From Nemertoderma westbladi (Eukaryota > Animalia > Xenacoelomorpha), in the NCBI GenBank assembly GCA_032718475.1, contig JAUCBJ010008204.1, positions 37,173-101,172 on the forward strand: a stretch of 64,000 nucleotides of DNA. The letters are read 5' to 3'. A program made the position numbers and the translations under genes. Numbering within the stretch: the stretch's first letter is position 1; every line of letters starts with the position of its first letter. The notes below the pieces were generated by a model that was not told where the DNA came from, ran no database searches, and saw nothing but the letters and a program-made list of their open reading frames with translations. Of this stretch, positions 1 through 12,772 are shown piece by piece.

Positions 1-1799
1 TGAAGTAGCTTTATTCTGAATCATCCTGTTTTACAATGTGTTACCGTACTGCTGTCGTTTACCGTTTTTTATGCAATTTAATGATTATTTATAATATTGT
101 AACTTGCTAGGTCCTATCACGGTGCAAAAGTTGAAATGAAAAATAATTTATGAACAGCGACTGACTATAATGATATAAATTATATTGCGTGTGTGGAGGG
201 ATAAAATCTATTTTTTTTAAACCGCGGAGTGGAAGAATCGTAGTTGATTTCGGTATATCGTTGCTTTATTGGCTCCAAGAATGTTTATGTCGCAGGTAGA
301 ATTTCATCGAATTTTATAATTCCAGGGGATTTTAGATTCGAAGCTAATTTACTTACTAGGTGTGGATTCGTAAGAATGTTCAATCAACTTTAAGTTATTT
401 AGTGGCACTTGCAATTTGCCCGCAAGTGAAAATGTGATCTCAAGCACACATTGACCGCAAATGAAATAAAGTTGTGTTTATTGTCCTGCTCCTTTTCCAA
501 GGGTTTAGATTAAATTAATTTTTAAACTCCAGTAAACAAGTTTACAGTTGTGGGTTCTAATGTAAACCCTTATTGGTAGACGGGGTTTGCGTGTGTTCTT
601 GTTTTTGTTGGCCGTGTTGGTGGATGTCTCTCTCTCTCCCTCCGACCTGCCGTCGCTAAACAAACAGTTATGGGTGGGAGAGTATTGACTTTCGTTGTGT
701 TTACAGCATCAATTGGCTATGGGAGAGCCTCTTCTCACACATCTCCCCCCTGTGTGGGACCCATTTATTCTATGTAACATAAAAGTATGTTATAGTTATT
801 TACATACTTGTGTGTAAAGTAGCGTAAAAAGCGGCGTAAAGTAGCGTGTAAAGTAGTGTGATGATCCGAGTGGCTTTGTTACACGAACGAACGTTAGTGA
901 GTGAGTGAAAATAAAGCCACGAGGATCAGAACACTGTGCTGTATAAATAAATGTAAAAATGACATAAATTATGTTATAAAAAAGTTAGCTTATATTTATG
1001 GTGGCGTTTAGAGACATGTTAACAGTTTATAGCGTCTGGTTATTAATAGCTACCGGTAGGTAATGCAGTAGGTGTAGGCCTATCTGGAAGTCAGGCAATT
1101 AATTATAAATGCCACCTATTGTTTACGTGGTAACCAATGACGCCGTAACTTTACAGTCGCCGTCATTGGTTACCACACAAACAAGGGCATTACAACACCC
1201 AATACAATACTAAATGCACAGGCCAATACAATGCAGCAATGTCCTCTAAAGTTGTAAAGTGCTAAATAACAACTCGCTGTTAATACTAACGGCGTTGAGT
1301 AATGTTACAATTTTGGAATAAAGTAGTATAATAATTCAAAATATAGCATTGAAGCACCTTCCCTTCAGTTCTCAGCCATTCTACCAATGATTCTATTTTC
1401 TATTGCTGTTTTGAGGATGCAGTGAGTTTCTATCTATAATAGATACTCACTATTTATCTATTGTTAGTAAGTAGGTGCAGTGAGTAGGTGCATTGGCGAA
1501 CATTACAGACGCAAATTTCTAATTCAAATTTCAAAATTTTGTACAAAGTTTCCTTTACTTTGCTTTGGAATGAGCCAATAACTAACTATGTTCAACGTTA
1601 TGTCTGAGTAAATTTGTTTGGGTTTGGAGCTCGCTAGCGCATCTCCATTCATTGCGCTGTGCGTAAACGCGACGAGACACCTGCGCTAACTGGTAAAGGG
1701 GGTTCAATTCCAAATTGTAACAATTTGGAATTAGCCCCTGTCATACTTCAAAACTCGAGGTGATGTAGAGCTGATTCAAGCCCTTCAATGAAACTGATT

Positions 1800-1878
1800 G
1801 TATCCATCTGTATTGGATCGAACTGGTGACCTCCAGGTTCTAAGTCTGACGCTCTAACTAACCATTCCGCCTGCGGCA
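1800..1878 (-). mobile_element. tRNA-derived SINE head (degenerate)
   Basis: Minus strand reads GGCGGAATGGTTAGTTAGAGCGTCAGACTTAGAACCTGGAGGTCACCAGTTCGATCC: A-box-like and B-box-like (GTTCGATCC) motifs at tRNA spacing, without a proper acceptor stem. Confidence 0.55.
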
Positions 1879-2259
1879 AAGGTGAAACATAGACCTGGAA
1901 ACGTAGACATGTCCGCAATTTACGCCATGGTCTCACATCAGAGCTGTCAATACCATGATCTGAAAAAACTATTGTGCTCAATATCCTCCTGAACTTGTCC
2001 GTCTTTATCAACTCACTACAATGAAATGTTATTGTACTAACTATCACGGTCTTTTTCTAATGAAAATTATGAATGAAAAATTTATGAAAATAATTATCAG
2101 ACCTGGAGCAACTGTCTGAATGTCAGTAGTGAACCTATCTCTCAGTGGAACGGTAGGTATGTGATAACATCCGGTTATTAGAGTTTAATACCATCTGACA
2201 AGATCTGAGCCCTGAGCCAACTTGAGTCAGCAAAGGGCATTGTAAAATAAGCGAACATC

Positions 2260-3228
2260 ATGGTTGATGTAGAGGTAAAGGCCGATAATCATTCATCGGG
2301 CGATGAGGAGACCTCATCGAAGGGTAAACAACAGGTTGAAGAGAAAAAAATCGTGGCCACTCAAGTTAGCGGCGTTGTAAAGTGGTTTAACGTTAAGGCC
2401 GGGTATGGGTTTATAAATCGTGATGATACGAAGGAGGATATATTTGTTCATCAAACCGCCATCATTAAGAACAACCCATCTAAGTTCTTACGAAGCGTAG
2501 GCGAAGGCGAGGCCTTAGAATTCGATGTCATCGAAGGTTTGAAAGGCCACGAAGCAGCGAATGTTACTGGTCCGGATGGCGGACCAGTACAAGGCAGCAA
2601 ATTCGCGTCAGAGAGGCCGAGGTACCGAGGCTATCGTAGGCAGTACTACCGAGATCGTCGCCAATCTCCTTCGGGAGACGGGGATCGTCGAAGGGATTAC
2701 GACGAAGACGACGAGGATGCCGAAGGGGAGCGACAACCGGCGCAACGGTACCGAGGACGGGGTCGGCGTTCGGGACGAGGTGGGTACAGTAGACGACGAG
2801 CTGGCGGGGGGAAGGAGCAGGGGGATGCATACGAGGGGAGTGGAGGGGAGGAGAATGAGGTGGACGTGGATGATGATAGAAGGGGAGGTCGGGGTCGGTG
2901 GGTTGGAGGAGGGGGGCGGGGTAGACGGGGGAGGGGGCGCGGTCGTGGCGGTTACTATGGGGGTTACGGGGGCGGTTGGTATGGCGGCTACGACTACGGG
3001 TACAGACCGCCGCCGCCACCACGGAGGTACGGCTACTACCGGGGGGACAGTTACTACGAGGAGGACGGGTATCGGGGCGGGCCGCCGCCGAGGGGCGGCT
3101 ACCGGGGTTACCAGGGGGACGCGTCGTACCGGAGGCGGCGTCGTGGCCCCCCCGGGGGGCGGCGGGGGGAACCGCGGAACAACGAGGGCGAAGAGCCCCA
3201 GGGCGAGGAGGTGAATGCCGAGAATTAA
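2260..3228 (+). CDS. YBX1: Y-box binding protein (cold-shock domain + Arg/Gly-rich tail), intronless CDS
   Basis: 322-aa ORF with the CSD signature [31 protein letters not shown]...AANVTGP and an alternating basic/acidic RG-rich C-terminus. Confidence 0.95.
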   Translation: MVDVEVKADNHSSGDEETSSKGKQQVEEKKIVATQVSGVVKWFNVKAGYGFINRDDTKEDIFVHQTAIIKNNPSKFLRSVGEGEALEFDVIEGLKGHEAANVTGPDGGPVQGSKFASERPRYRGYRRQYYRDRRQSPSGDGDRRRDYDEDDEDAEGERQPAQRYRGRGRRSGRGGYSRRRAGGGKEQGDAYEGSGGEENEVDVDDDRRGGRGRWVGGGGRGRRGRGRGRGGYYGGYGGGWYGGYDYGYRPPPPPRRYGYYRGDSYYEEDGYRGGPPPRGGYRGYQGDASYRRRRRGPPGGRRGEPRNNEGEEPQGEEVNAEN

Positions 3229-3962
3229 GAAGAATAAATGGTTTTTGGATCTTATAATATCTTTAGAAGAACTCATTGTAGGTGGTTGATAATAATTTTA
3301 TTCTACCAACTTGGCATTATTATTATATAAAAATATATAATTAATCCCTCAAATTTACCAAGAACTATTACTAACTAGGTTTATTTTATTATTATATTGT
3401 GTTATTCTCTTAGAAAGTTTGTTACCATTACCAGTTTGATGCTAAGCTTACATTATAGGTGTTTGTTTATGTGTTTTAATTGTGCTACAGTAGAATACCC
3501 ATCCAATTATTATTACCGTATGTGGCCCGAATAATATTTTCCCGGTAGTCCTACATAAGATTCCGAATGTACAACCAGATATCTTGTGGTGTAGGAACAT
3601 GTGATGTGTTACGAGATTTTAAATGTTATATTTAATCGGTTTATAAAAATTATTATAAAAGCCTTTGAATAACATCGTTTGAACAACATAATATTTGTTT
3701 AGTTTATTTGAGGGGGAGGAGAGTTTGAAAAAGTTGTGGTTTTAAAGGCTGAATTTTTTCATTGGCAATAATTTAATGACCCTGCACAAACACTAAAGAG
3801 CTATCCCACGAAAAAAGAGGACTTAGAACTCAAAAGTAAAACTTCTTGCTAATATTAATTTCTATATCATTTTTTTGTCAATTTTATCCTATATTTCAAA
3901 TCTACTTTTAAAAAATCGAGTGCGGAATAAATTATCACTTTGAAAAATGATGATTTTGTTCA

Positions 3963-4107
3963 TTAGCAAGTCGTGCCCTGATCTCCTTCAGGAACTCGGA
4001 TGTTTCAGGGCCGGGGCGGCCCAAGGTCTCGTAGGCTACCGGATTGAAGAGGTAGCCCCGGTCCATGAGTTCCTGGTACTTGCGGATCTTTACAGTTTCC
4101 GCTTCCA
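3963..4107 (-). mobile_element. Fragment of the restriction-like endonuclease (RLE) domain of a CRE/NeSL/R2-type non-LTR retrotransposon
   Basis: Manual minus-strand translation EAETVKIRKYQELMDRGYLFNPVAYETLGRPGPETSEFLKEIRARLA fits the K..KY...F.P.A.ET.G pattern at the end of RLE domains; GC-rich island in AT-rich DNA. Confidence 0.65.
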
Positions 4108-6389
4108 AAAATTACCACTACCAAAAATTAACGCCACACTTTAAAAAAAAATCGTAAAAAGGTGAGCGTCTAACTTCACTAATACCAGCTACATTTTTTG
4201 CTACCGCGGTAAACAATTATTAATTAGGACTAACGACATTAATAACGATATATAAATATTGGGTGTAATAGAGATTAATTGTAGATTATTATAGAAAAAT
4301 AGAACCATTAATAGCACATGGAAGCACGTAAAAAACAATTATATTCGTAAAAATTAGTATTGTGCTTCATAACCTCATTATAATTAACACAAAACGGTAA
4401 ATTATTGTTTATATACAGTATGTACATGTACAATACACAGTACATAATGTATATAGGCCTACCTATATTGAGTTTTATGGTATATATATTATCAAAGCAA
4501 AAATATATACTATATATACTATATAATACATTTATATATAATATTTATTATTCATTATTGCGGAAGATATATTTCTTGAATATATAAGAAACCGCCGTGG
4601 GATAAGGGATCCGGTTTAGTGTATATATATGTTTGTAAGCATAATATAATAAATAAATTAAATATTATTTTAAATAAACCTAGATCGACCTTAGAAAAGA
4701 ATTCATATATCACTTTATCACTAGCCTTCGATATCATATGTATATCTTTTTCGTTGAAAACCAACTCTTTATAAATTAAATAAATTTAAAACCTAATTTA
4801 AAATTTAATTTAAAATATAAAATAAATTAAATATTTTATTAGTATATACAGTAGTATATATATTTAGTTACACCCATCCGAGAAAAAAATTATATCATCT
4901 CAATGAAAAAGGATCAATTAAGGGAAATCAACTGATTACAGTGGCAATTTATTCTAACCAATACAATAAACTAAAGTCATTAGAACAGGTTACAGTTAAA
5001 AAATAATCAGAAAAAGTAATCAGTTGTTATTCGCATCGATTTGTCCCTGGAGATGGAAACTAATTTTGTCGAAAGCCGCGGTGCAGATTCACATATGATG
5101 AGAATTATTAATGTTTTAGGTTAATTTAACCGCATGAACAGTATAATTTAACACTATACTAATAAACCGTATTTTATTTTATCTGCCAATGAATCCAAGT
5201 AGGTACAGCTACAGCAGTCTTGTACTATCTAACTAAATATTTATACAGTATATGTATAGTATATTTTACAATAATAATGACACAAATTGTATCAGCGACG
5301 GGAAAAAGAAACAAATTTTCGTCGGTGGGGATGATAGAGATTAAAATATAATTTTAGCTCTTGGCTCAAAGTCAGACATGATTACAATATAATTTGTTTG
5401 AAACAATTTGATAATAAAATTGCTTGACACAATAATTAACACTAAAAATATTATTAGTTGGCCACCCTGGAGTGACTTCAATGCATGGATGATACTGATA
5501 CATCAGCTGGCAAAGGCGAGCTCATCCAGGCTTTGGATTTATTAGGACCATTAAAAAAAGGCTTATTGCATCCTGATTGATTTACAATCAATTAGGCCCT
5601 AAACAATAGGTATTAAACAACATTGATTAATCAATTAACTGTCTGTAGCTGATACCTGATACAATAGTTATTGTCAAACCTCCCTCTACTGAAGAAAGGA
5701 ATTTAACACATTGTACTCCTGTATCTCCCCTCCCCCCCCCCCCCCCCCCTTCACTACAAAACCAATTCATTATTACTTTGCTCGTACGATCACCGCGAAA
5801 TATAACTACTGTAGAACAATGACATCATAAATTCACGAAATAATTACTTTATACTTGATTACAATGTTGATTTTTAAAACTGAAAACAATTACTGTATCT
5901 CTTCGAATAAGAACTTTGGCGTTTAAGTTTATAAATTGCCAATTTGGGAGGCGTTTTTTCGGAGAAGGCGTGTAAGTTGCTGATTGGAGGTTCAGGGGTG
6001 CATTTATTCGAGGGGGGGGGGGGGGGGGGGGGGTTGTTATTATTCGAAGAAATACGGTAATTTAATTTGATACGATTTACGACTTTAAGTAATATAGTAA
6101 TGTAATGTAGGTCTGTAGTCATGATCTTATGTTGGGACTGCCTGGGGCGCAAAATCCAATCGGTCCCTGAATATAATGACATAATATAATAAATAAACAT
6201 AATAAAATGTCCATATTTATCTGATTCGAAAACGCTATTGCGCAGCGTTAGTAGAGGACAGACCGCAGAATTACACTCTCAACGACCATGTGTGTGTGGA
6301 AAGCAAACATTGAATGGGGTTAATTACGTTTAGATCAATTTAACACTGATTAGGAGAGAAGGGCGGGGCATCTTAACTCAATCACTCAC

Positions 6390-6696
6390 TTGACCTAATA
6401 AAAACTACAGTATAATAGGACGGGGTATGGGGATTCTAGCTGTATAATTTTTAGGTACCGGTATACCAATTAATTTACTCTTAGTGGAAAATATTTAATT
6501 TCCATGAAAGGACACGTATTTTAGGTCAATTTAATTAACATAATGAACTATTAACTGTCATTAACTGATATTATCTTAGCTTCTCGAAGCCCACACGTAA
6601 ATTCTACTTGGAAAATTTATAAACTTTTGCCAAACAAACATGTGTACCGAGTTTAGTTAGATTTTATCGAGGTTATTGTCGTGGCTCGCCCCACAG
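6390..6696 (-). mobile_element. Partial copy of the interspersed repeat at ~51051-52125
   Basis: Reverse-complement similarity with ~51051-51390, e.g. GTGGCTCGCCCCACA vs TGTGGGGCAAGCCAC and TATCTTAGCTTCTCGAAG vs CTTCGAGAAGCTAAGATA. Confidence 0.65.
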
Positions 6697-6997
6697 TTGC
6701 GGGCCTGCAGCAGTTTAGGTGCTCCATTGCAGCATTGGCAATTGACAGATTAAGCCTAGCCTTTAGTATTCCGCATTACAGCTCTGATTAGCAGCAACTA
6801 GCAGACAGACTGCAGGACTGAATGAATACTGCCAGACTGCACTACCGGTAGCGTAGCATATTGCATTGCTGTATTGTGGTATTGTTGGCGTTTGTCGTGT
6901 GTTGTTTTGCCGTACCGGTACACAGGTGACAGGGGCTGAAAACTAACTGACTAGCCCTAGCTGCTTAGCATACACCATAACGTCTGAACGTGTAGCT

Positions 6998-7636
6998 ATG
7001 CCTCCTAAGGACAAAGATCCAAAGGCGAAAGCCGCCAAACCTGCCGCCGCTGCGAAAGGGAAGAAAACCGATAAAGCGGAGAAGCCAGCGGCTGCCGCGG
7101 CCGAGCCGAAGAAACCGGTGACAAAGGGAAAGGCCGCGCCCGTGGAGAAAAAATCAGCGCCCTCGCGGAAAGGCGAAGGAAAAGACGCGAAAAATATCTC
7201 GAAACAAAAATCCAAAATCGATGCTGCAGTGAAATCGAAGAAGGCCGTGCAAAAGGGAGTTTTCCAGAAGAGCAAGCGGAAAGTGCGTACGTCAGTCCAC
7301 TTCCGTCGTCCCAAAACGTTGAAACAGAAACGGAACCCCAAGTACCCTCGTAGGAGTGTACCGTGGCGGAACCGGATGGACCAGTTCTCAATCATCCAAA
7401 GGCCTCTCAGTACCGAGAGCGCCATGAAGAAGATTGAGGACAACAACACCATCGTATTTATCGTCGACATAAAGGCGAATAAACAGCAGATTAAAATGGC
7501 GGTTAAGAAACTTTACGAGATTCAGGCGAGTAAAGTGAACACGTTGATAAAACCGGATGGAACGAAGAAGGCCTATGTTCGGTTGGCTTCGGATTACGAC
7601 GCACTTGATGTAGCCAATAAGATTGGGATCATATAA
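6998..7636 (+). CDS. RPL23A: 60S ribosomal protein L23a (uL23) with Lys/Ala/Pro-rich N-terminal extension, intronless CDS
   Basis: [14 protein letters not shown]...PKYPRRS...[22 protein letters not shown]...[23 protein letters not shown]. Confidence 0.97.
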   Translation: MPPKDKDPKAKAAKPAAAAKGKKTDKAEKPAAAAAEPKKPVTKGKAAPVEKKSAPSRKGEGKDAKNISKQKSKIDAAVKSKKAVQKGVFQKSKRKVRTSVHFRRPKTLKQKRNPKYPRRSVPWRNRMDQFSIIQRPLSTESAMKKIEDNNTIVFIVDIKANKQQIKMAVKKLYEIQASKVNTLIKPDGTKKAYVRLASDYDALDVANKIGII

Positions 7637-8377
7637 ACTGGTCGTGTCTTATGTACCGATCATATAAACTGGTCCTTTAAGTTTTCGGCTGTTAACTTCG
7701 TCATTTAGCCTACTGGTTGAGTTGTGTGTAGGTTTGGAAATTTATTTGATTATTAAATGGCCTTTCAGTTCCCGGATTAAGGAATACTTTTTGATTTTCA
7801 CAGTAATTTTTTCATTCCATGTCAACAATGATCTGCACGGGATATTTTTATATATAAATAGAATGGCGTTGAGTTGAGGAAATATTCGATGGGTTTGTCC
7901 AACCAACCCAGCCAACCATTATTTTCTTTTTAAACATCAAACCAGCAGATGCTGCAGTTTTCGATTTCCCATAAATTTGTTCATTTCAATCATTTTATTT
8001 AGTTTACTTCACGTAGTATTTAACGCAGTATTTAACGCAGGCTTGAGATAAAACATTGTATTTTGTATTATTAGAAAAAATAAAGTACACTCTTTCTTTA
8101 TTTTATAAGAACAGAGTTTATAGGAGGAACACGAGGCTCAAAAACACACACCATTATAACGAAAAGCAAAAAGGTTATATTACAGTTAGATGTATATAAT
8201 TAGAATTAGTAATTTATAGTTCAATTCCAATAATAAAAAATTGCAATTAATAGTTGAGTGTAATATTATTACGCCTAGTAGAAATTAATTTTTAGTGTAA
8301 GATTAGTTCTAATAGTTCTTTAGTTTCCAGCTTAGAGGGTTTTATGGACTAATTTAATTTTAGAAGAGTAAGTTTTA

Positions 8378-9971
8378 CAGGGTGTCCCAATAAATTTGTT
8401 CGGATTTTAAAGTTTAATAACTCGTCACAATGAATATCAATCGAAGACTTCATGGTATCATATGAAAGCCCATTAATAGGTGAACTTAGAGTTTGGGAAT
8501 TGTTTCTGATGTGGTAGTTGCTCTTGCTACTAATCAGATAAGTTTACATTAAAACTGTATCTTGAGTGTTAAGATGTGAAATTTGTTCGCGGAAATCCAT
8601 AAATAATAACTTGTTTCCCTGTGAATAAACGACTATTCAAGAATGCCATCTGTAGTTACTAGAGTAGACAAAATTTATGCAATGTTTACAGACGAACAAA
8701 AAGTTTTCATTGTTAAAACCTACTACCGAAAGCACTCTTCCAAGCTTACACAGTTAGAATTTTCTTACCAGTTCGTAGGTGTTCGGCGTCCTACGAGATC
8801 AGACATATCGCGTCTTGTAAGAAAATTTGAGAGTGAAAAAACTTTGTTACGCAAATCAGGCTCTCAAAGGCCTTCGATTAGCCAAGAGAAAGTTTCTGCT
8901 ATAAAACTCACTTCATAACATATCCAGAAACCTCTTTGCGCCGTGTGTCCTTAGCTGTAGGGGTAAGCAGAAGCTCCACTCAAAGGATTGGCAAAAACCT
9001 GAAATTTCGACCATATAAAGTTCAGATGTTGCACGGGCTCAAACCCAGCGACCATTCCAGCAGAGTGAACGCTTCTGACGCTATTCTGCATTATTTAGAA
9101 ATAAAGATCCGGCCCACATTTACTTTAGCGATGAGGCAACATTTCACCTGAGTGGCGCTGTCAATCGGTGGAACTGCAGAATTTGGGGTACTGAAAACCC
9201 CCATAAAGTGGCAGAGCACCTCCGTGACTCACCAAAGTTAACGGTACGGTGTGCCATGTCTTATAAACAGGTTATTATTGGACTATACATTTTCTACGGT
9301 TCGTCTGTCAACGCTAAGAAATATCTGGCAATGCTGCAAGAGTTTCTAATTCCAAGACTGAATCCTAACACCGACAAATGGTGTTTCAGCAGGACGGTGC
9401 ACCGCCACATTTGGCCCTTAACGTTCGTTCCTATTTGGACAATACCTTTCCTGGCAGGTGGTTGGCAGAGACGGTCCTATACGATGGCCAGCTCCCGATT
9501 TGACTCCCTGTGATGACTATTTATGGGGCCATGTCAAGAATCTTGTGTACAATGAAACGGTGACGACACTAGAAGAACTGAGGACGCGCATTAATTCCGC
9601 ACTGGAATCAATTCCGCATCATCATTTACAAAACTGTTTCCAAGAAACGCTCAAGTGGCTTATAAGGGGAAAAAAAGAGGTGGAGGCCACATTGAAATTT
9701 ACAAACCATAAAGTATACTAACAGTCCGATTAATTTAACTTCATCACTAAGCTAAGTATAAACTATTTAAACATTCTAATTGAATAAAAAAAATTGGGAC
9801 TTAATTATAAGGATAATTATTATTTACCATAGCAACAAAATCACCGAGAATGTATTCCAAACTCTAAGTTCACCTATTGGCTTTCATATGATACCAAGAA
9901 GTCTGCGATTGATGCTCATTGTAACGAGTTATTAAACTTTAAAACCGGATCAAATTTATTGGCACACCGTG
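8378..9971 (+). mobile_element. Tc1/mariner DNA transposon, DD41D (rosa)-like, decayed transposase
   Basis: ~120-bp imperfect TIRs (CAGGGTGTCCCAATAAATTTG... / ...CAAATTTATTGGCACACCGTG), TA on both sides (8376-77, 9972-73). Frameshifted transposase 8643-9721 with FSDEATFHL, FQQDGAPPH and WPA-PDLTPCD.YLWG motifs. Confidence 0.92.
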
Positions 9972-10402
9972 TATTTTAAGCAAATTTACAGATATTTTAA
10001 CATGAGGCTCGTTAAATGATGACTAGCCACACCGAATCGAGTTCTTACCAATCCTGGCTGTCGCGACCTTGTTATACCCATTAGCATCTTATTTCGTGAT
10101 TTTAATGACTATTGAAGACAGGTCTGCAAAGGGCCAAATATATAGAAGTATCCCTTTTACATGACACAAATAAAAAAAACTGACACCAACTTAGAAGGAC
10201 GGGTTGTCCTAACAACTTCTTAAAACAGTTGTTGAGTTAGTTCTGCTAAGTATTGGTTCATCGGATTTCGTTCAAAGCTATTCTTTTGATATAAGACGAC
10301 TCAAATAAGAAAATAAAATGAAATAACTAAAATGTTAGTTAAATAAATTGGAGTTGAGCTGTTAGCAATTCAAATTAGCTCTTACTAAATATTATTATTA
10401 CG

Positions 10403-11425
10403 TTATAAACCATAAAACAAAGAAAATACATCAATATCGTCAAGCTTTATTGTACAGAGTTGGGATGGTTTAATGGAAGGCAGTTTACTTTCATTATCTT
10501 TAAACAATTTACTATTCATAACAGCTTTCTCATTGTCAGTAACAATGCTGAATCTTTCGCAAAATCTTCGAAGTTCTTCGTTAGTGTCAATAACTAACCA
10601 TCGTTTTAGGCAGCTAAAATCCAATTTAGTCAAAGAAAAGGCTTTACATATTGTTCGAATAGATTTATCGCGATGTGGGTTGAGTGACGTCAGCAAGGCA
10701 CAACTTGGGACAACATCTAGGTGATTGGTCCAAAAATCGGCGAATCGAATCCAATTACCCAATCGGTAGCATTGCGCGACACGAACAGCTAATCGGACCT
10801 CAGTGGAGTAACGAATGGATTTGGGTAGCTGATAATACCGCGTCTCCCAATGCGAACCCACCAGCAATAATAAGATATAAAGACTTTCAAAAGTAGGTCG
10901 GTTGGGAGATACAAAACCGCTGCTGTACATTCGGAAAAGTATAGAAAACGTTTCAGTTAGAGATGTTAATAACAATTGGGGGTCGGCGTGTTTAATAGGT
11001 TCTTCGTAGTTATAAAACAGCGATAGTAAATAGAATGTTATCGACTTTTCTAGAATGCTGACACAGTTTCGGCTTTCCAGTTGCTGTAAGTGAATATCCT
11101 GTCGGATGGATTTGAGTCTGTCGTCGACGAAATCAAAGACGACGTGCCAAGGTTGGTCGGAACGTCCTAATGCTAAGTCGAACAGTAGATAGTTAGTGGT
11201 CGACTGCAATGCCTCCTCTGTTCGGAGTTCCTCGGCCAGGGACAGCTGTCTACCAGCGGCGCTCCTGCGGTATTCCTTGACAACACGCACCGGGTCGGCT
11301 GTGGGTCGCCGATGTCCCAACGTGGCGGGTGTGACCTCCAACGGGTGGAGTCTCAACTTACTTTCTCTCGCGTGTAGTTCGTTGGTAGGACACATGAGTC
11401 GGCAGGTTCCCCGTATGTTAGCCAT
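10403..11425 (-). CDS. SAC3D1: SAC3 domain-containing protein 1 (SAC3/GANP family), intronless CDS
   Basis: 340 aa; GTCRLMCP..E...RE..LRLHPLE, VKEYRRSAAG, FVDDRLKSIRQD motifs; short length fits SAC3D1 rather than GANP. Confidence 0.88.
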   Translation of the reverse strand: MANIRGTCRLMCPTNELHARESKLRLHPLEVTPATLGHRRPTADPVRVVKEYRRSAAGRQLSLAEELRTEEALQSTTNYLLFDLALGRSDQPWHVVFDFVDDRLKSIRQDIHLQQLESRNCVSILEKSITFYLLSLFYNYEEPIKHADPQLLLTSLTETFSILFRMYSSGFVSPNRPTFESLYILLLLVGSHWETRYYQLPKSIRYSTEVRLAVRVAQCYRLGNWIRFADFWTNHLDVVPSCALLTSLNPHRDKSIRTICKAFSLTKLDFSCLKRWLVIDTNEELRRFCERFSIVTDNEKAVMNSKLFKDNESKLPSIKPSQLCTIKLDDIDVFSLFYGL

Positions 11426-12772
11426 TTTAAGTGAAACAAAGTTAGGCGTTATAATAAAACATGTAATTACAGTTAGAAAACTAATTCAATTGGTATATTT
11501 GAACTAAGTCGCGTAATTATTTGAGGGCTGATTCAGGGTGAATTTAATTTTGAGTTTCTGGACACATTGCTGGGGAATCTTACTAGTAAAAAATATAGAG
11601 ATTACATACCAATTGAAGTAAATCGAATTATTTATTTTTCGATGTTTCATGTAATATGTTGTGTGACGTGCAATTACTGCTGTCCAAATTCTACACATTT
11701 CGTTTTGACAAGCATGCCTGTTACAGTATTACATTATGATTTAAATTCAAGCATGTGTAATGTGTATCATTGTTTTTTAGATGTCTACATGTATTTCTGT
11801 GGTCTGTAGATGAGTAAATGGTAGTACAATAGGTCGAAATATTAATAATGTATGAAAAAATATTGTGTGACAAACAACATGCATTGCTTGACCTATCTTT
11901 CTACAACATTGAGCTGTGAAATCAATAAAATTCGTTTTAGTTTAATTTAGCGCAAAATATTTGATGTAGAGGTCACGCATGGTACTGTAAGGAGCGATTG
12001 CCTCCTGCCAATGTGTACACGTTCTCTGAACTGAACCCAGAGTTATACGGCCATATTTAGGCGAATACGGCAGGGGTTACGTATTAATTATTTTATAATA
12101 TTGGCGGATATTAGTAACTATTAGTAATAATCACATCAATTGAATATCTTAAGTAACTTAATGGATCTCCAACTATCTACAGTATTTATTCGCTATACAT
12201 TTTATACGTATTGTCGTCGTGAAATAAAATAAACTTAAACTTAAACAACACACGACATATTTATTGATGATTCATATTTTATTTTTTATATCATTGGATT
12301 TACAGCAACTACAACTACGCGACTCAGTTCAAATATACCAATTTAATTTCTACGCTATGGTAATACAGTAAAAGTGTATTACATGTTTCATATTTAAAAG
12401 TAATATGTATGTCCATTCCAGCTGCCACATACTAATAATAATAATAAATACCGGTAAGTTAATAAATAACTAATAAATAAGTTGGTTATAAATTGGTCAG
12501 AAAATAAATATATTTTAAAATTGGAATTCAATAAAATAGATAATATTCCAGAAGAATCAGCATAAAATAACCCGAAGTCAATAAAGTCCGGAAGAAAATA
12601 ACCTGAAGTCAATAATAAAGTCCGGAAGAAAATAACCTGGCCAAATACGAGTTGCGGCATAATTTTAAAAATTAAGTTACGTTGCTATTTTAACAATCAA
12701 TATATTTTAGCACAAATATTATTGAACAAATCTAGCTATTTGTATCTATTTCGAAATTGAATTCCATTTCCA

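Noticed and set aside
1760-1810. CTGATTCA...GAAAC next to a tRNA-like head
   Set aside because: The core deviates from CUGANGA, the stems do not pair, and it is on the strand opposite the head.
2561-3276. Overlapping and antisense ORFs in YBX, and likewise in RPL23A, UBA6 and RBM45
   Set aside because: Shadow ORFs of GC-rich coding sequence with no recognisable domains.
3966-4083. Multi-stem structured RNA candidate (CAGGAACTC/GAGTTCCTG, GCTACC/GGTAGC)
   Set aside because: No ribozyme core found; better explained as an RLE coding fragment on the minus strand.
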